A model generated the notes under the pieces. It worked only from the letters and a program-made list of their open reading frames with translations. It ran no database searches and was not told where the DNA came from. DNA of 33,770 bases. It comes from Paracoccaceae bacterium (GTDB lineage Bacteria > Pseudomonadota > Alphaproteobacteria > Rhodobacterales > Rhodobacteraceae). The translations under genes were made by a program, and so were the position numbers. The DNA lies in the NCBI GenBank assembly GCA_036735505.1, contig DAINOF010000001.1:4559-38328 (forward strand), written 5' to 3'. The first letter of the stretch is position 1; each line of letters opens with the position of its first letter. Shown here piece after piece: positions 24,285-32,892 of the stretch.

Positions 24285-26423
24285 TCAGGCGGGCTGCGCG
24301 CGGATCCGCTGAAGATCGGGCCGCTCGACGATCCAGTGGCGCAGCTCCTGCTCGGGGAGCGCGGAGCAGTAGAGGTGGCCCTGCAGCACGTCGCAGCCGA
24401 CGCGGCGCAGGGCCCTTGCCTGCAGTTCGGTCTCGACGCCCTCGGCGGTCATATGGATGCCGAGCGATCGCGCCATCTGCCCGATCGCCCGCAGGATCGG
24501 GCTTTCCCGCGGGACGTCGGACTCCACGACGCCCACGAGCTGCTGGTCGATCTTGATGCGCTTCGGCTTGATCTTGAGAAGCGTGGTGATCGAGGCGCGC
24601 CCCGAGCCGAAGTCGTCGATCTCGATCTCGACCCCCCTCTCCCTCAGTTCGTCGAGGACGAAGGCGAAGGCGTCCGAGCCCCGGTCGAAATCGATCGTCT
24701 CGAGAAGCTCGAAGGCGATGCGGCAGGGCCAGGTGTCCGCACCGCCGAGCTGGCGGCCGAGGTTGCTGTCGGCGAGCCGCCGGTAGCTCACGTTGACCGA
24801 GAGCTTCGGCATCGGGATGCCGTCGGCCTTCAGCCGATGCGCCATGGCCAGCGCCTTGGTCAGGATGATCTCGTCGATCTCGGACATCAGCCCCAGATCC
24901 TCGGCGACGGGCAGGAAGAGGGACGGGGGCACCAGACCCTCGACCCTGTGGGGCCAGCGGACGAGCGCCTCGACGCCGATGAACTCGCGCGTGTCGGCTG
25001 CGACCTGGGGCTGGAAGTACGGCAGGATCTCGTCGTCGGAAAGCGCCTTGACCAGCTCGTCGGCGATCCGCTTGCGCTTCTTGGCCAGCGCGCGGAGGCG
25101 CGGCGTGAAGACGGCGCTGCGGTTGCGGCCCTCGCCCTTCGCCTCGTAGAGCGCGATGTCGGCGTCGTTGAGCAGCGCGGCGGCCAGGTGCGGCGCGCCG
25201 CTCGCGATCCCGATGCTGGCGCCGACGTGAAGCTCCTTGTCGCCGTAGCGGATCGCCTCGCGGCACCGCGCGATGATCCGCTCCGCCACGGTGCTCGCGA
25301 AGTCGTCGCGGGGCGGCGCGATGAGGACGAGGACGAACTCGTCGCCGCCGACGCGCGCGATGAGGTCGCTCGGGCGCACGCAGTCGGTCAGCACGCCCGC
25401 GATGTGCCGGATGACGTGGTCGCCCGCCGGATGCCCGAAGGCGTCGTTGATCGACTTGAAGTGGTCGAGGTCGACGTGGAGGATGCTGACCGTAGCGTCC
25501 TTGACCACCGTGCCGGCCAGCGACCGCAATTTGTCGTCGAGCGCGCGGCGGTTGCCGAGGCCCGTCAACGGATCCGTTATCGACGCGACCTGGGCGTCAC
25601 GCCGCGCGCACTCCAGCGCCTCGGCGTTTTCGGCGAGCTGCCGCTTCTGGCGCTTGAGCTCGGTCACGTCCATCCGGAAGCCCACTGTGTCGCCATTGGC
25701 GGTGCGGACCTCGTGGATCCTCAGGTGCCGGTCGCCGGGAAGCACCTGCTCGATGGCGCCGACGGGGTTGCGGTGCTGGTGCATCCGCTTTTCGATCCAT
25801 TCCGCCTCACGTCCGATCGCCTCGGGGTACTGTCCGAGCTCGACCCCGAACTTCAAGACGTCCTCGAACTGCACTCCAATTCGAAGCACCGAAGCGGATT
25901 CCGCATAAACTTCGTGGTAGCAGCGGTTGAACGCCACGAGCCGATCCTCGGGATCGAAGATCACGAAGGCCTCGGGGATGGCGTTGATGGCGTCCCAGAG
26001 CCGTTGCTGCGCCCGCTGCGCGTTGCGGTTCGCGCTTTCGAGGTCCTGCTTCAGCTGCACATGCGCGGTGATGTCCCGCTGCACGCCGACCCAATAGTGG
26101 TACCATCCGGTCTCGTCCTTGATCGGGGTCAGCGAGAGGTCGACCCAGAACGGGAACCCTTCCTTGCGGTAGTTGAGCAACTGCCCGCGCACGCGGGACC
26201 AGGCGGCGATACCCTCGCGGATACGGCCGACCGTCTCGGCATCGGTACCCGGACCCTGCAGCATGCGGGGCGACTTGCCGCGCACTTCGGCGAGCTCGTA
26301 GCCGGTCTGCTCGGTAAATGCCGCATTGCACCAGACGATCAGCGGCTGTGCGCTCGCGTCGGTGATGATGATCGCGTCGGTGATGGCGCCGGCAAGGCGT
26401 CCGACGAGGGCCTCGAGATTCAT
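24285..26423 (-). CDS. LOV-like PAS / PAS / GGDEF / EAL c-di-GMP turnover protein
   Basis: The N-terminal PAS reads GKSPRMLQGPGTDAETVGRIREGI...LLNYRKEGFPFWVDLSLTP...YWVGVQRDIT (LOV-like, but Pro replaces the adduct Cys). A second PAS (IPEAFVIFDPEDRLVAFN) follows, then RVGGDEFVLV (intact GGDEF) and GVEALVRW (intact EAL). Confidence 0.9.
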   Translation of the reverse strand: MNLEALVGRLAGAITDAIIITDASAQPLIVWCNAAFTEQTGYELAEVRGKSPRMLQGPGTDAETVGRIREGIAAWSRVRGQLLNYRKEGFPFWVDLSLTPIKDETGWYHYWVGVQRDITAHVQLKQDLESANRNAQRAQQRLWDAINAIPEAFVIFDPEDRLVAFNRCYHEVYAESASVLRIGVQFEDVLKFGVELGQYPEAIGREAEWIEKRMHQHRNPVGAIEQVLPGDRHLRIHEVRTANGDTVGFRMDVTELKRQKRQLAENAEALECARRDAQVASITDPLTGLGNRRALDDKLRSLAGTVVKDATVSILHVDLDHFKSINDAFGHPAGDHVIRHIAGVLTDCVRPSDLIARVGGDEFVLVLIAPPRDDFASTVAERIIARCREAIRYGDKELHVGASIGIASGAPHLAAALLNDADIALYEAKGEGRNRSAVFTPRLRALAKKRKRIADELVKALSDDEILPYFQPQVAADTREFIGVEALVRWPHRVEGLVPPSLFLPVAEDLGLMSEIDEIILTKALAMAHRLKADGIPMPKLSVNVSYRRLADSNLGRQLGGADTWPCRIAFELLETIDFDRGSDAFAFVLDELRERGVEIEIDDFGSGRASITTLLKIKPKRIKIDQQLVGVVESDVPRESPILRAIGQMARSLGIHMTAEGVETELQARALRRVGCDVLQGHLYCSALPEQELRHWIVERPDLQRIRAQPA

Positions 26424-26672
26424 GCAGCGGGTCCGTTCGCGATAAGGCGCTCTCCCCTTGCGCGGGCCGGCTTGAGGTTCGGTTAAGTGGAAACTTTTCG
26501 GAAGTGCCGAAACAGAGGGCGTCGTTCCGATTGTGCCGCCGAAACGGGCGGCTTGGAGGCGACGGGGCGCCGCAGGCGCGCAGGCCCTTGCCGGACAGCC
26601 GAGGCGGCGAATACTGTCGCCCGAATGCCGCCTGCGTCATGCGACGGGCGGGTCCAGAGGGAGATCGCCACC

Positions 26673-27518
26673 ATGCCGCCCATCATCCGCCGCTTCCTGC
26701 TGTGCGCCGCGGCCGCCTCGTTCATCGTTGCTGTCCTGACCGCCCCGGGGTCGCCCGCCAGCGCGCAGGAGCGCACGCCGCAGGACCCGAGTCTCGTCAC
26801 GCCCGGCAAGCTCACCGTCGGAACCGGGGATCCGGTCTATCCGCCCTGGATGCTCGACAACGACCCGGCCGGCGGCCAGGGCTTCGAGAACGGGCTGGTC
26901 TACGCGCTGGCGGCCCGGATGGGTTTCTCGCCCGAGGACGTGGTCTGGGTGGGCCAGACCTTCGACCAGACGATCGCGCCGGGGGCCAAGCCCTTCGACT
27001 TCGCGATCCAGCAGATCTCGGTCACCGAGGCGCGGGCCGAGGTGGTGAGCTTCAGCCAGGTCTACTTCCAGCCGGAGAAGGCGGTCATCGCCCTGCCGGG
27101 CAGCCCGGTCGAGGGCGCGGGAAGCTTCGCCGACCTGCGCGGCGCGCGCTGGGGCGCGGTGATCGGGACGACCGACCTCGCCTATCTGGAAACCATCCTC
27201 GGGATCAACGACGCGGCCGTCTACGACGACCAGATCGGCGTCTTCCAGGCGATGCAGGCCGGCCAGATCGATGCGACGCTCGCCGCGCTGCCGACGGCGC
27301 TCTTCGCCACCGCGGTGCAGATTCCCGAAGCCTCGATCGTCGCCATCCTGCCGCCCGACGCGAACGACCAGGGCCACGGCCTGCTGTTCGAGTTCGGCAA
27401 CCCGCTCGTCGAGTGGGTGGACGCGGCGCTGTCCGAGGTCATCGCCGAGGGCGTGGTGGAGGAGCTGAAGACGACCTACCTCGTCGCCGATCCGGACCTG
27501 CCCCTCATCACCGAATGA
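26673..27518 (+). CDS. polar amino-acid ABC transporter, periplasmic substrate-binding protein
   Basis: Signal peptide MPPIIRRFLLCAAAASFIVAVLTAPGSPASA. SBP_bac_3-like body (LTVGTGDPVYPPW..., FDFAIQQISVTEARAEVVSFSQVYF). Confidence 0.8.
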   Translation: MPPIIRRFLLCAAAASFIVAVLTAPGSPASAQERTPQDPSLVTPGKLTVGTGDPVYPPWMLDNDPAGGQGFENGLVYALAARMGFSPEDVVWVGQTFDQTIAPGAKPFDFAIQQISVTEARAEVVSFSQVYFQPEKAVIALPGSPVEGAGSFADLRGARWGAVIGTTDLAYLETILGINDAAVYDDQIGVFQAMQAGQIDATLAALPTALFATAVQIPEASIVAILPPDANDQGHGLLFEFGNPLVEWVDAALSEVIAEGVVEELKTTYLVADPDLPLITE

Positions 27519-28390
27519 GCGACGGCGCGCGCGGCGTCCCGCCCGGGATCGCGGCGCGCCGCCCGACCGCGCCCCGCCACCGGCGCGGCGCCTGGCGGGA
27601 CGCGCTCCTTCCCGTGTTCATCTCGGCCGCGAGCGTCGCGGTCGTCTTCGGTGCGCTCGGCTGGTGGGTCACCTCGTCGCCACAGTGGCCACGGGTGCAG
27701 GCGCAGTTCTTCAGCCTCGAGAACATGCAGGCCGCCTTCCCGCGCGTCCTGCAGGGCTTCGGGGTGTCGATGCGGGTCTGGCTCACCGCGCTCGCCTGCA
27801 TCGCGCTCTGGGCGCTGGTGCTGGCGGTGGTCCGGTCGCTGCGGGCGCCGTGGTTCACGCCCTTCCGCCTTCTGGTGGTCGTCTACATCGACTTCTTCCG
27901 CGGCGTGCCGGTGCTGCTTCTGGTGCTGCTCTTCGGCTTCGGAGTGCCGGCGCTGAACCTGCCGGGGCTGCCGAACTCGGCGCTGTTCTGGGGCAGCGTC
28001 GCGATGATCCTGACCTATTCCGCCTACGTGGCCGAGATCTACCGCTCGGGGATCGACTCGGTCCACGAGGGGCAGCGGGCGGCGGCCAAGTCGCTCGGCC
28101 TGACCGAGTGGCAGACCATGCGCTATGCCATCCTTCCCCAGGCCTTGCGCAACGTCCTGCCCGCGCTCATGAACATCGTTGTCGCGCTGCAGAAGGACGT
28201 GGCGCTCCTGTCGGTCCTCGGCGTCCGCGACGCGGTGCGCGAGGCGCAGATCTACACTGCGACCACCTTCAACTACTCGGCGCTGATCGTGGCGGCGGGA
28301 CTGTTCCTGCTCGCGACCATCCCGATGGCGCGGCTGGCCGACTGGGTCACCCGACGCGACCGCGCCCGGCGTCTCCAGAGGGCCGCATGA
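27515..28390 (+). CDS. amino-acid ABC transporter permease (HisM/GlnP type)
   Basis: Multiple TM segments. EAA-like loop AYVAEIYRSGIDSVHEGQRAAAKSLGLTEWQTMRYAILPQALRNVLPAL. ATGA overlap with the SBP gene. Confidence 0.85.
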   Translation: MSDGARGVPPGIAARRPTAPRHRRGAWRDALLPVFISAASVAVVFGALGWWVTSSPQWPRVQAQFFSLENMQAAFPRVLQGFGVSMRVWLTALACIALWALVLAVVRSLRAPWFTPFRLLVVVYIDFFRGVPVLLLVLLFGFGVPALNLPGLPNSALFWGSVAMILTYSAYVAEIYRSGIDSVHEGQRAAAKSLGLTEWQTMRYAILPQALRNVLPALMNIVVALQKDVALLSVLGVRDAVREAQIYTATTFNYSALIVAAGLFLLATIPMARLADWVTRRDRARRLQRAA

Positions 28391-29133
28391 CCCCCCGGAT
28401 CGAGATCGAGGCGCTGTCGAAGTCCTATGGCCGGTCGCTGGTGCTCGACGCCATCGACCTGACCGTGGCGCCCCACGAGGTGGTCTGCCTCATCGGCGCG
28501 TCGGGGTCGGGCAAGTCGACGCTCCTGCGCTGCATCAACCGGCTCGAGGACTGGGACCGGGGCGAGATCCGGCTCGACGGCGTCGCGGTGGACGATCCCG
28601 CCTTCGGCCGCACCGGCCTGCAGCGGCGCATCGGCATCGTCTTCCAGTCGTTCAACCTGTTTCCCACGATGACGGTCCTCGGCAACGTGACGCTCGCCCC
28701 CTGCAAGGTGCACGGCCGTCCGCGCCGCGCGGCCGAAGAGGCGGCGCGCGCGCTCCTCGACCGGTTCGGCATGGCGCGCTTCGCGGACAGCTACCCCGAG
28801 CAGCTGTCGGGCGGTCAGCAGCAGCGGGTGGCCATCGTCCGCGCGCTGGCGACCGAGCCGGACGTGCTTCTGCTCGACGAGGTCACGGCGGCGCTCGACC
28901 CCGAACTGGTGGGCGAGGTCCTGGCGATCATCCGGGGGCTGAAGGAGCGCGGCCTGACCATGGTGATCGTCACCCACGAGATGGGCTTCGCCCGCGAGGT
29001 GGCCGACCGGGTCGCCTTTCTAGAAGCCGGGCGCATCCTGGAAGAAGGCCCGCCCGCCCGCCTCTTCGGGGCCCCGGAAAGCCCCGAGGCGCGCCGGTTC
29101 CTTCAGCGCATCATCGCCGCCGGCCGGCTCTAG
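28387..29133 (+). CDS. amino-acid ABC transporter ATP-binding protein (GlnQ type)
   Basis: GASGSGKSTLLRCIN Walker A, LSGGQQQRVAIVRAL signature, LLLDEVTAALD Walker B. ATGA overlap. Confidence 0.9.
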   Translation: MTPRIEIEALSKSYGRSLVLDAIDLTVAPHEVVCLIGASGSGKSTLLRCINRLEDWDRGEIRLDGVAVDDPAFGRTGLQRRIGIVFQSFNLFPTMTVLGNVTLAPCKVHGRPRRAAEEAARALLDRFGMARFADSYPEQLSGGQQQRVAIVRALATEPDVLLLDEVTAALDPELVGEVLAIIRGLKERGLTMVIVTHEMGFAREVADRVAFLEAGRILEEGPPARLFGAPESPEARRFLQRIIAAGRL

Positions 29134-29156
29134 GCCGGGCTGCCCCGGCACCGTCC

Positions 29157-30659
29157 TCAACCCTGCATCACGTCCTTCGCAGCGGGGTAGAGACGCAGGT
29201 AGCGCTGGTAGATCTCGTCGTAGCGCGCCACGTTGCGCGGGTCGGGCTCGACCTTTCGCCCCGGCCGCACCATGGCTTCTATGCCCTCGTCGATCGAGAC
29301 GAAGTGCCCCGCGCCGTGGGCCGCCAGCACCGCCGAGCCGGTCGAGGGCGCGTCGGGCGAGGCCGGAATGCGGATCGGCAGGCCCGAGGTGTCGGCGTGG
29401 ATCTGCATCCAGAGGTCGGAGGCCGAGGCGCCGCCCCCCACCGTCATCTCGCCGCTGTCGTAGCCCGCGCGGCGGAAGGCGTCGAGGATGGCGCGGGTGC
29501 CGAAGCCTATCCCCTCCATGATCGCGCGGAAGATGTGGTGCTTCTCGTGCGCCAGCGTCAGGCCGAGGATCGCGCCGCGCGACAGCGGGTCGGTGTAGGG
29601 CGTGCGGTTGCCCTGGAAGTGGTCCTGCACGATCAGCCCGTCGCAGCCGGGCTCGAGCGCCGCGGCCTTCGCGTTCAACTCGGCGAAGTCGAGCCCCCCG
29701 GTCAGCCGTCCGAGCCAGTTGACGATGGACCCCGTCGAGGTCTGCCCGCCCTCCACGATGTAGCGGCCCGGATAGACGATGTCGGCATAGGTGCCCCAGA
29801 CGCCCGGCGCATGCAGCGGCGCCTCCGTCACGCCGAACTGGAGATGCGAGGACCCGGTGATGAGCGCGAGCTGCCCGGGCCGTGCCACGCCCAGCCCGAT
29901 CATCCCGATGAGCGCATCCGCGCCCCCCTGCACGACCTTCACCGATCGCGGCAGGCCCAGCTCTTCCGCCGCTCTCGCGGTCAGCGTGCCGATCACCTCG
30001 CCCGGCGCCACCACCCGCGGCGGCCACTTGTCGAGGATCGCCTCCATCCCGAGCGCCCGCGCGATGCCCCCGGCCCAGCCGTCCGCGTCGTTGCGGTAAT
30101 GCCAGCGAAGGCCCACGTTGTTCAGGCTCGCCGCCCAATCGCCGGTCAGCTTGTAGGTCAGGAAATCCTGGTATTCGCAGATGCGGTGGGCCCGGTCGAA
30201 GACAGCGGGCTCGTTCCGCTTCAGCCAGAGCGCCTTGGGGATCATCCACTCGGCCGAGACCGGCCCCTGCCCTCCGCCGTTCAGGCAGAGCGCGGCGTCG
30301 CCGGTGGCCAGCACCGCGTCGGCCTCGGCATGGGCGCGGACGTCCATCCAGATGAGCGCCGGGCGCAGCGCGTCGCCGTTCTCGTCCAGCGCCACGACCG
30401 AACAGCAGGTGGTGGCATAGGCGATGGCCTCGACCGCGCGCGGGTCGACGCCCGCCTGGGCGATCGCGCCGCGGCTGGCGGTCACGAAATTGGCCCACCA
30501 GTCGGCCGGATCCTGCTCGGCCCGCGCCCCGGCCGAGAACCTCGTCTCGTAGGGCACCGCGACGTTGCCGAGGCATGTGCCGCTCAGGTCGTAGAGCCGG
30601 GCGCGCAGGCTTTCGGTGCCGCCGTCCGCCGTCAGGAAATAGGCCATCGTCCCCCCCAT
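29157..30659 (-). CDS. FGGY-family carbohydrate kinase
   Basis: YFLTADGGTESLRARLYDLSG...EQDPADWW N-terminal motif and ...GGGASASDLWMQIHADTSGLPI C-terminal FGGY motif. An alternative start at 30647 (MAYFL) is preceded by a G-rich SD. Confidence 0.85.
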   Translation of the reverse strand: MGGTMAYFLTADGGTESLRARLYDLSGTCLGNVAVPYETRFSAGARAEQDPADWWANFVTASRGAIAQAGVDPRAVEAIAYATTCCSVVALDENGDALRPALIWMDVRAHAEADAVLATGDAALCLNGGGQGPVSAEWMIPKALWLKRNEPAVFDRAHRICEYQDFLTYKLTGDWAASLNNVGLRWHYRNDADGWAGGIARALGMEAILDKWPPRVVAPGEVIGTLTARAAEELGLPRSVKVVQGGADALIGMIGLGVARPGQLALITGSSHLQFGVTEAPLHAPGVWGTYADIVYPGRYIVEGGQTSTGSIVNWLGRLTGGLDFAELNAKAAALEPGCDGLIVQDHFQGNRTPYTDPLSRGAILGLTLAHEKHHIFRAIMEGIGFGTRAILDAFRRAGYDSGEMTVGGGASASDLWMQIHADTSGLPIRIPASPDAPSTGSAVLAAHGAGHFVSIDEGIEAMVRPGRKVEPDPRNVARYDEIYQRYLRLYPAAKDVMQG

Positions 30660-30661
30660 CG

Positions 30662-30678
30662 CCCCGCTGCACGCGGGG
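30662..30678 (-). other. intercistronic GC hairpin between acoC and the kinase gene
   Basis: CCCCGC (30662-30667), loop tgcac, GCGGGG (30673-30678). No U-tract follows. Confidence 0.2.
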
Positions 30679-30681
30679 TCG

Positions 30682-31923
30682 TTATCGCTCCGTCACCCGG
30701 GCCAGGATCGCCGCCACCTCGGCCAGCGCCTCCCATTGCGGCATGTGGCCTACCCGCGGCAGATGATGTACCGCGATCAGGGGCGAGACGTCGAGGCTTT
30801 CGCGCCAGTCGAGGATGCGATCGCGGTGGCCGAGGATCAGGTGCACCGGCATCCGCCCGGCCAGCCGCGCGAGATCGGCGCGGAGGTTCACCGCCTGCCC
30901 CGTCTCGCCCAGAAGGTTGTCGGCGAGGCCCGCGAGCCGCCCCTGCGCCAGAGCCGCCGCGATACCCGCGACGGCGGCGGCCGACAGCCCGTTCGGCCCG
31001 TCGGTCAGCCGGTCGAGAAGATGCGCGACCTCGCCCGGCGCCCGCGCCCGCGCGAGGCCGCGGACGAAGCCCGCGTCGATCGTGGGTCCGAGCCCCGCGG
31101 GCGCGATCAGCGTGAGCGTCGCGGAGGGAAGGCGCAGGGCCAGGTCAACGGCCGGAATGGCGCCCATCGAATGCGCCACGAGATGCAGCGGTGCCGCGCC
31201 GACGAGATCGCGCAGGAGGTCCGGCAGCGGGGCGGAAAGATCGGCGACCGCAGCCGCGTCCATCGTGGTCTGCCCGTGGCCCGGAAGGTCGACCGCGATG
31301 GCGCGGCGGCCCGCCTTGGCCAGCACCGCCGACAGACCCGCCCAGGCGGTTTGATCGGCCGCGTAGCCGTGCAGGAGCAGGACCGGCACGCCGTTCGCGG
31401 GCCCCTGCTCGCGCCAGGCGATGCCGCCGTGATCCTTGGGGCCGGCGTCGCCGGCTCCGCCCGCCGCCTCGACGTCGTGAAGTTCGATCCGCCCGCGCCG
31501 CCCGGTGCCGCGGAGCGTGGAGAGCGCGATTCCCCGCTGCCGCGCCATCCGGCGGGCCAGCGGCGTGGCCCGCGCGCGCCGCTGCACCTCGGGCCGGGGC
31601 GTATCGCGGGGCGCGGATCCAGAAGACGGAGCCGGGGCGGTCTTGGACGACATGTCGGGCGCGGCCGCCTCGGGCGCCACGCCCTCGACCTCGATCCGCG
31701 CGATGGGCGTGCCCACCGCCACACGGTCGCCCACCGCGACCAGCGTCTCGAGAAGAACGCCATCTGTCAGCGCCGGGAACTCGGCCACCGTCTTGTCCGT
31801 CTCGATCTCCACCAGCGGATCGCCGCGCCGGAACGCCGCACCGGGCGCCACCAGCCAGCCCACGACCACGCCATCCTCCATCGTCTCGCCCAGCCGCGGC
31901 ATCGGCAGGATCGTCGTGGTCAT
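30682..31923 (-). CDS. acoC: acetoin dehydrogenase E2-like component (lipoyl domain plus alpha/beta-hydrolase fold)
   Basis: MTTTILPMPRLGETMEDGVVVGWLV...IETDKTVAEFPA lipoyl domain, a peripheral-subunit-binding region (ATPLARRMARQRGIAL), then VLLLHGYAADQ...VAHSMGA...GHMPQWE hydrolase fold. ATGA overlap with acoB. Confidence 0.85.
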   Translation of the reverse strand: MTTTILPMPRLGETMEDGVVVGWLVAPGAAFRRGDPLVEIETDKTVAEFPALTDGVLLETLVAVGDRVAVGTPIARIEVEGVAPEAAAPDMSSKTAPAPSSGSAPRDTPRPEVQRRARATPLARRMARQRGIALSTLRGTGRRGRIELHDVEAAGGAGDAGPKDHGGIAWREQGPANGVPVLLLHGYAADQTAWAGLSAVLAKAGRRAIAVDLPGHGQTTMDAAAVADLSAPLPDLLRDLVGAAPLHLVAHSMGAIPAVDLALRLPSATLTLIAPAGLGPTIDAGFVRGLARARAPGEVAHLLDRLTDGPNGLSAAAVAGIAAALAQGRLAGLADNLLGETGQAVNLRADLARLAGRMPVHLILGHRDRILDWRESLDVSPLIAVHHLPRVGHMPQWEALAEVAAILARVTER

Positions 31924-32891
31924 CGCACCAACCTCCGCGCCGTCTCCACGATCAGCCCGGGCGTCGGGACCGAGTGCTTCTCGAGCTCGACCGAGACCGA
32001 GATCGGGATGTCCTCGCCCGCCACCCGCGCCACGGGGTTCTCGAGGAAGTCGAAGCATTCCTCGGAAATCCGCGCCGCGAGCTCGGCCGCGACACCCGCC
32101 GTCATCGGCGCCTCGGACACGACCATGGCGCGGCCGGTGCGCTCCACCGCCACGCGCACCGTGTCGAAGTCGAGCGGGTTTAGTGTGCGCAGGTCGATCA
32201 CCGTGGCCTCGATTCCCTCGGCGGCAAGCGTTCCGGCTGCCTCGAGCGCATGGTGCACTTGCCGCGAATAGGTGACGATGACGAGGTCGCCCCCCTCGCG
32301 CCGCACCGCCGCGCGGCCCCAGTCGGGGGCGGGCGCGGCGAGGTCCACGTCCTCGGCCATGGCATAAAGCGCCTTGTGCTCGATGAAGACGACCGGGTCG
32401 GGCTGGCGCAGCGCCTGCCGGAGAAGGTGGTAGGCGTCGTGCACCGTGGCCGGCATGGCAAGCCGCAGGCCCGGCGTGTGCATGACGAAGGCTTCGAGGC
32501 TCTGGCTGTGCTGGGCGCCCGCCGACCGCCCCGTGCCGCCTTGGGTCCGCAGCACCATCGGCACGCCGATCTGGCCGCCGAACATGTAGCGGATCTTGGC
32601 CGCCTGGTTGCCGAGCTGGTCCATCGTCATGCCGATGAAGTCGACATACATGAGCTCGGCCACCGGCCGCATTCCCGCCATGGCCGCGCCCACCGCCGCG
32701 CCCACGATGGCGGGTTCGGAAATCGGCGTGTCGAGAAGCCGCTCGGGCCCGAATTCGTCGATCAGGCCCTTCGTCACGCCATAGGCGCCGCCGTAGCGGC
32801 CGACCTCCTCGCCGATGACGAAGATGTCGGGGTCGGCGCGCATGGCGTCGGCCAGAGCCTGCCGGAGCGCGTCGCGATAGGTGAGGTCCAT
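31920..32891 (-). CDS. acoB: acetoin/pyruvate dehydrogenase E1 beta subunit
   Basis: MDLTYRDALRQALADAMRADPDIFVIGEEVGRYGGAYGVTKGLIDEFGPERLLDTPISE is a typical transketolase-like E1-beta. Confidence 0.9.
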   Translation of the reverse strand: MDLTYRDALRQALADAMRADPDIFVIGEEVGRYGGAYGVTKGLIDEFGPERLLDTPISEPAIVGAAVGAAMAGMRPVAELMYVDFIGMTMDQLGNQAAKIRYMFGGQIGVPMVLRTQGGTGRSAGAQHSQSLEAFVMHTPGLRLAMPATVHDAYHLLRQALRQPDPVVFIEHKALYAMAEDVDLAAPAPDWGRAAVRREGGDLVIVTYSRQVHHALEAAGTLAAEGIEATVIDLRTLNPLDFDTVRVAVERTGRAMVVSEAPMTAGVAAELAARISEECFDFLENPVARVAGEDIPISVSVELEKHSVPTPGLIVETARRLVR

Positions 32892-32892
32892 C

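Noticed and set aside
26100-26423. Calling the first PAS domain of the GGDEF-EAL protein a true LOV blue-light sensor
   Set aside because: The adduct-forming Cys is replaced by Pro (SPRMLQG), and one flavin-contacting Asn appears to be Val. Many non-photosensory PAS domains share this scaffold, so only 'LOV-like' is justified.
24336-26486. 716-aa ORF on the + strand
   Set aside because: It is antisense to the PAS-GGDEF-EAL gene, which has intact GGDEF and EAL motifs. No domain signature is visible in the + frame.
26424-26672. Small hairpins (TTCGG-N5-CCGAA near 26499; GCCGCC-gaaacg-GGCGGC at 26535-26552) as a riboswitch or terminator
   Set aside because: The stems are short and sit in GC-rich DNA, where such pairings arise by chance. 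No upstream + strand gene needs terminating, and I do not recognise a conserved riboswitch core.
29304-32271. Long + strand ORFs (603 aa, 511 aa, 330 aa) over the FGGY kinase and acoC/acoB genes
   Set aside because: They are shadow frames opposite clearly identifiable - strand enzymes.
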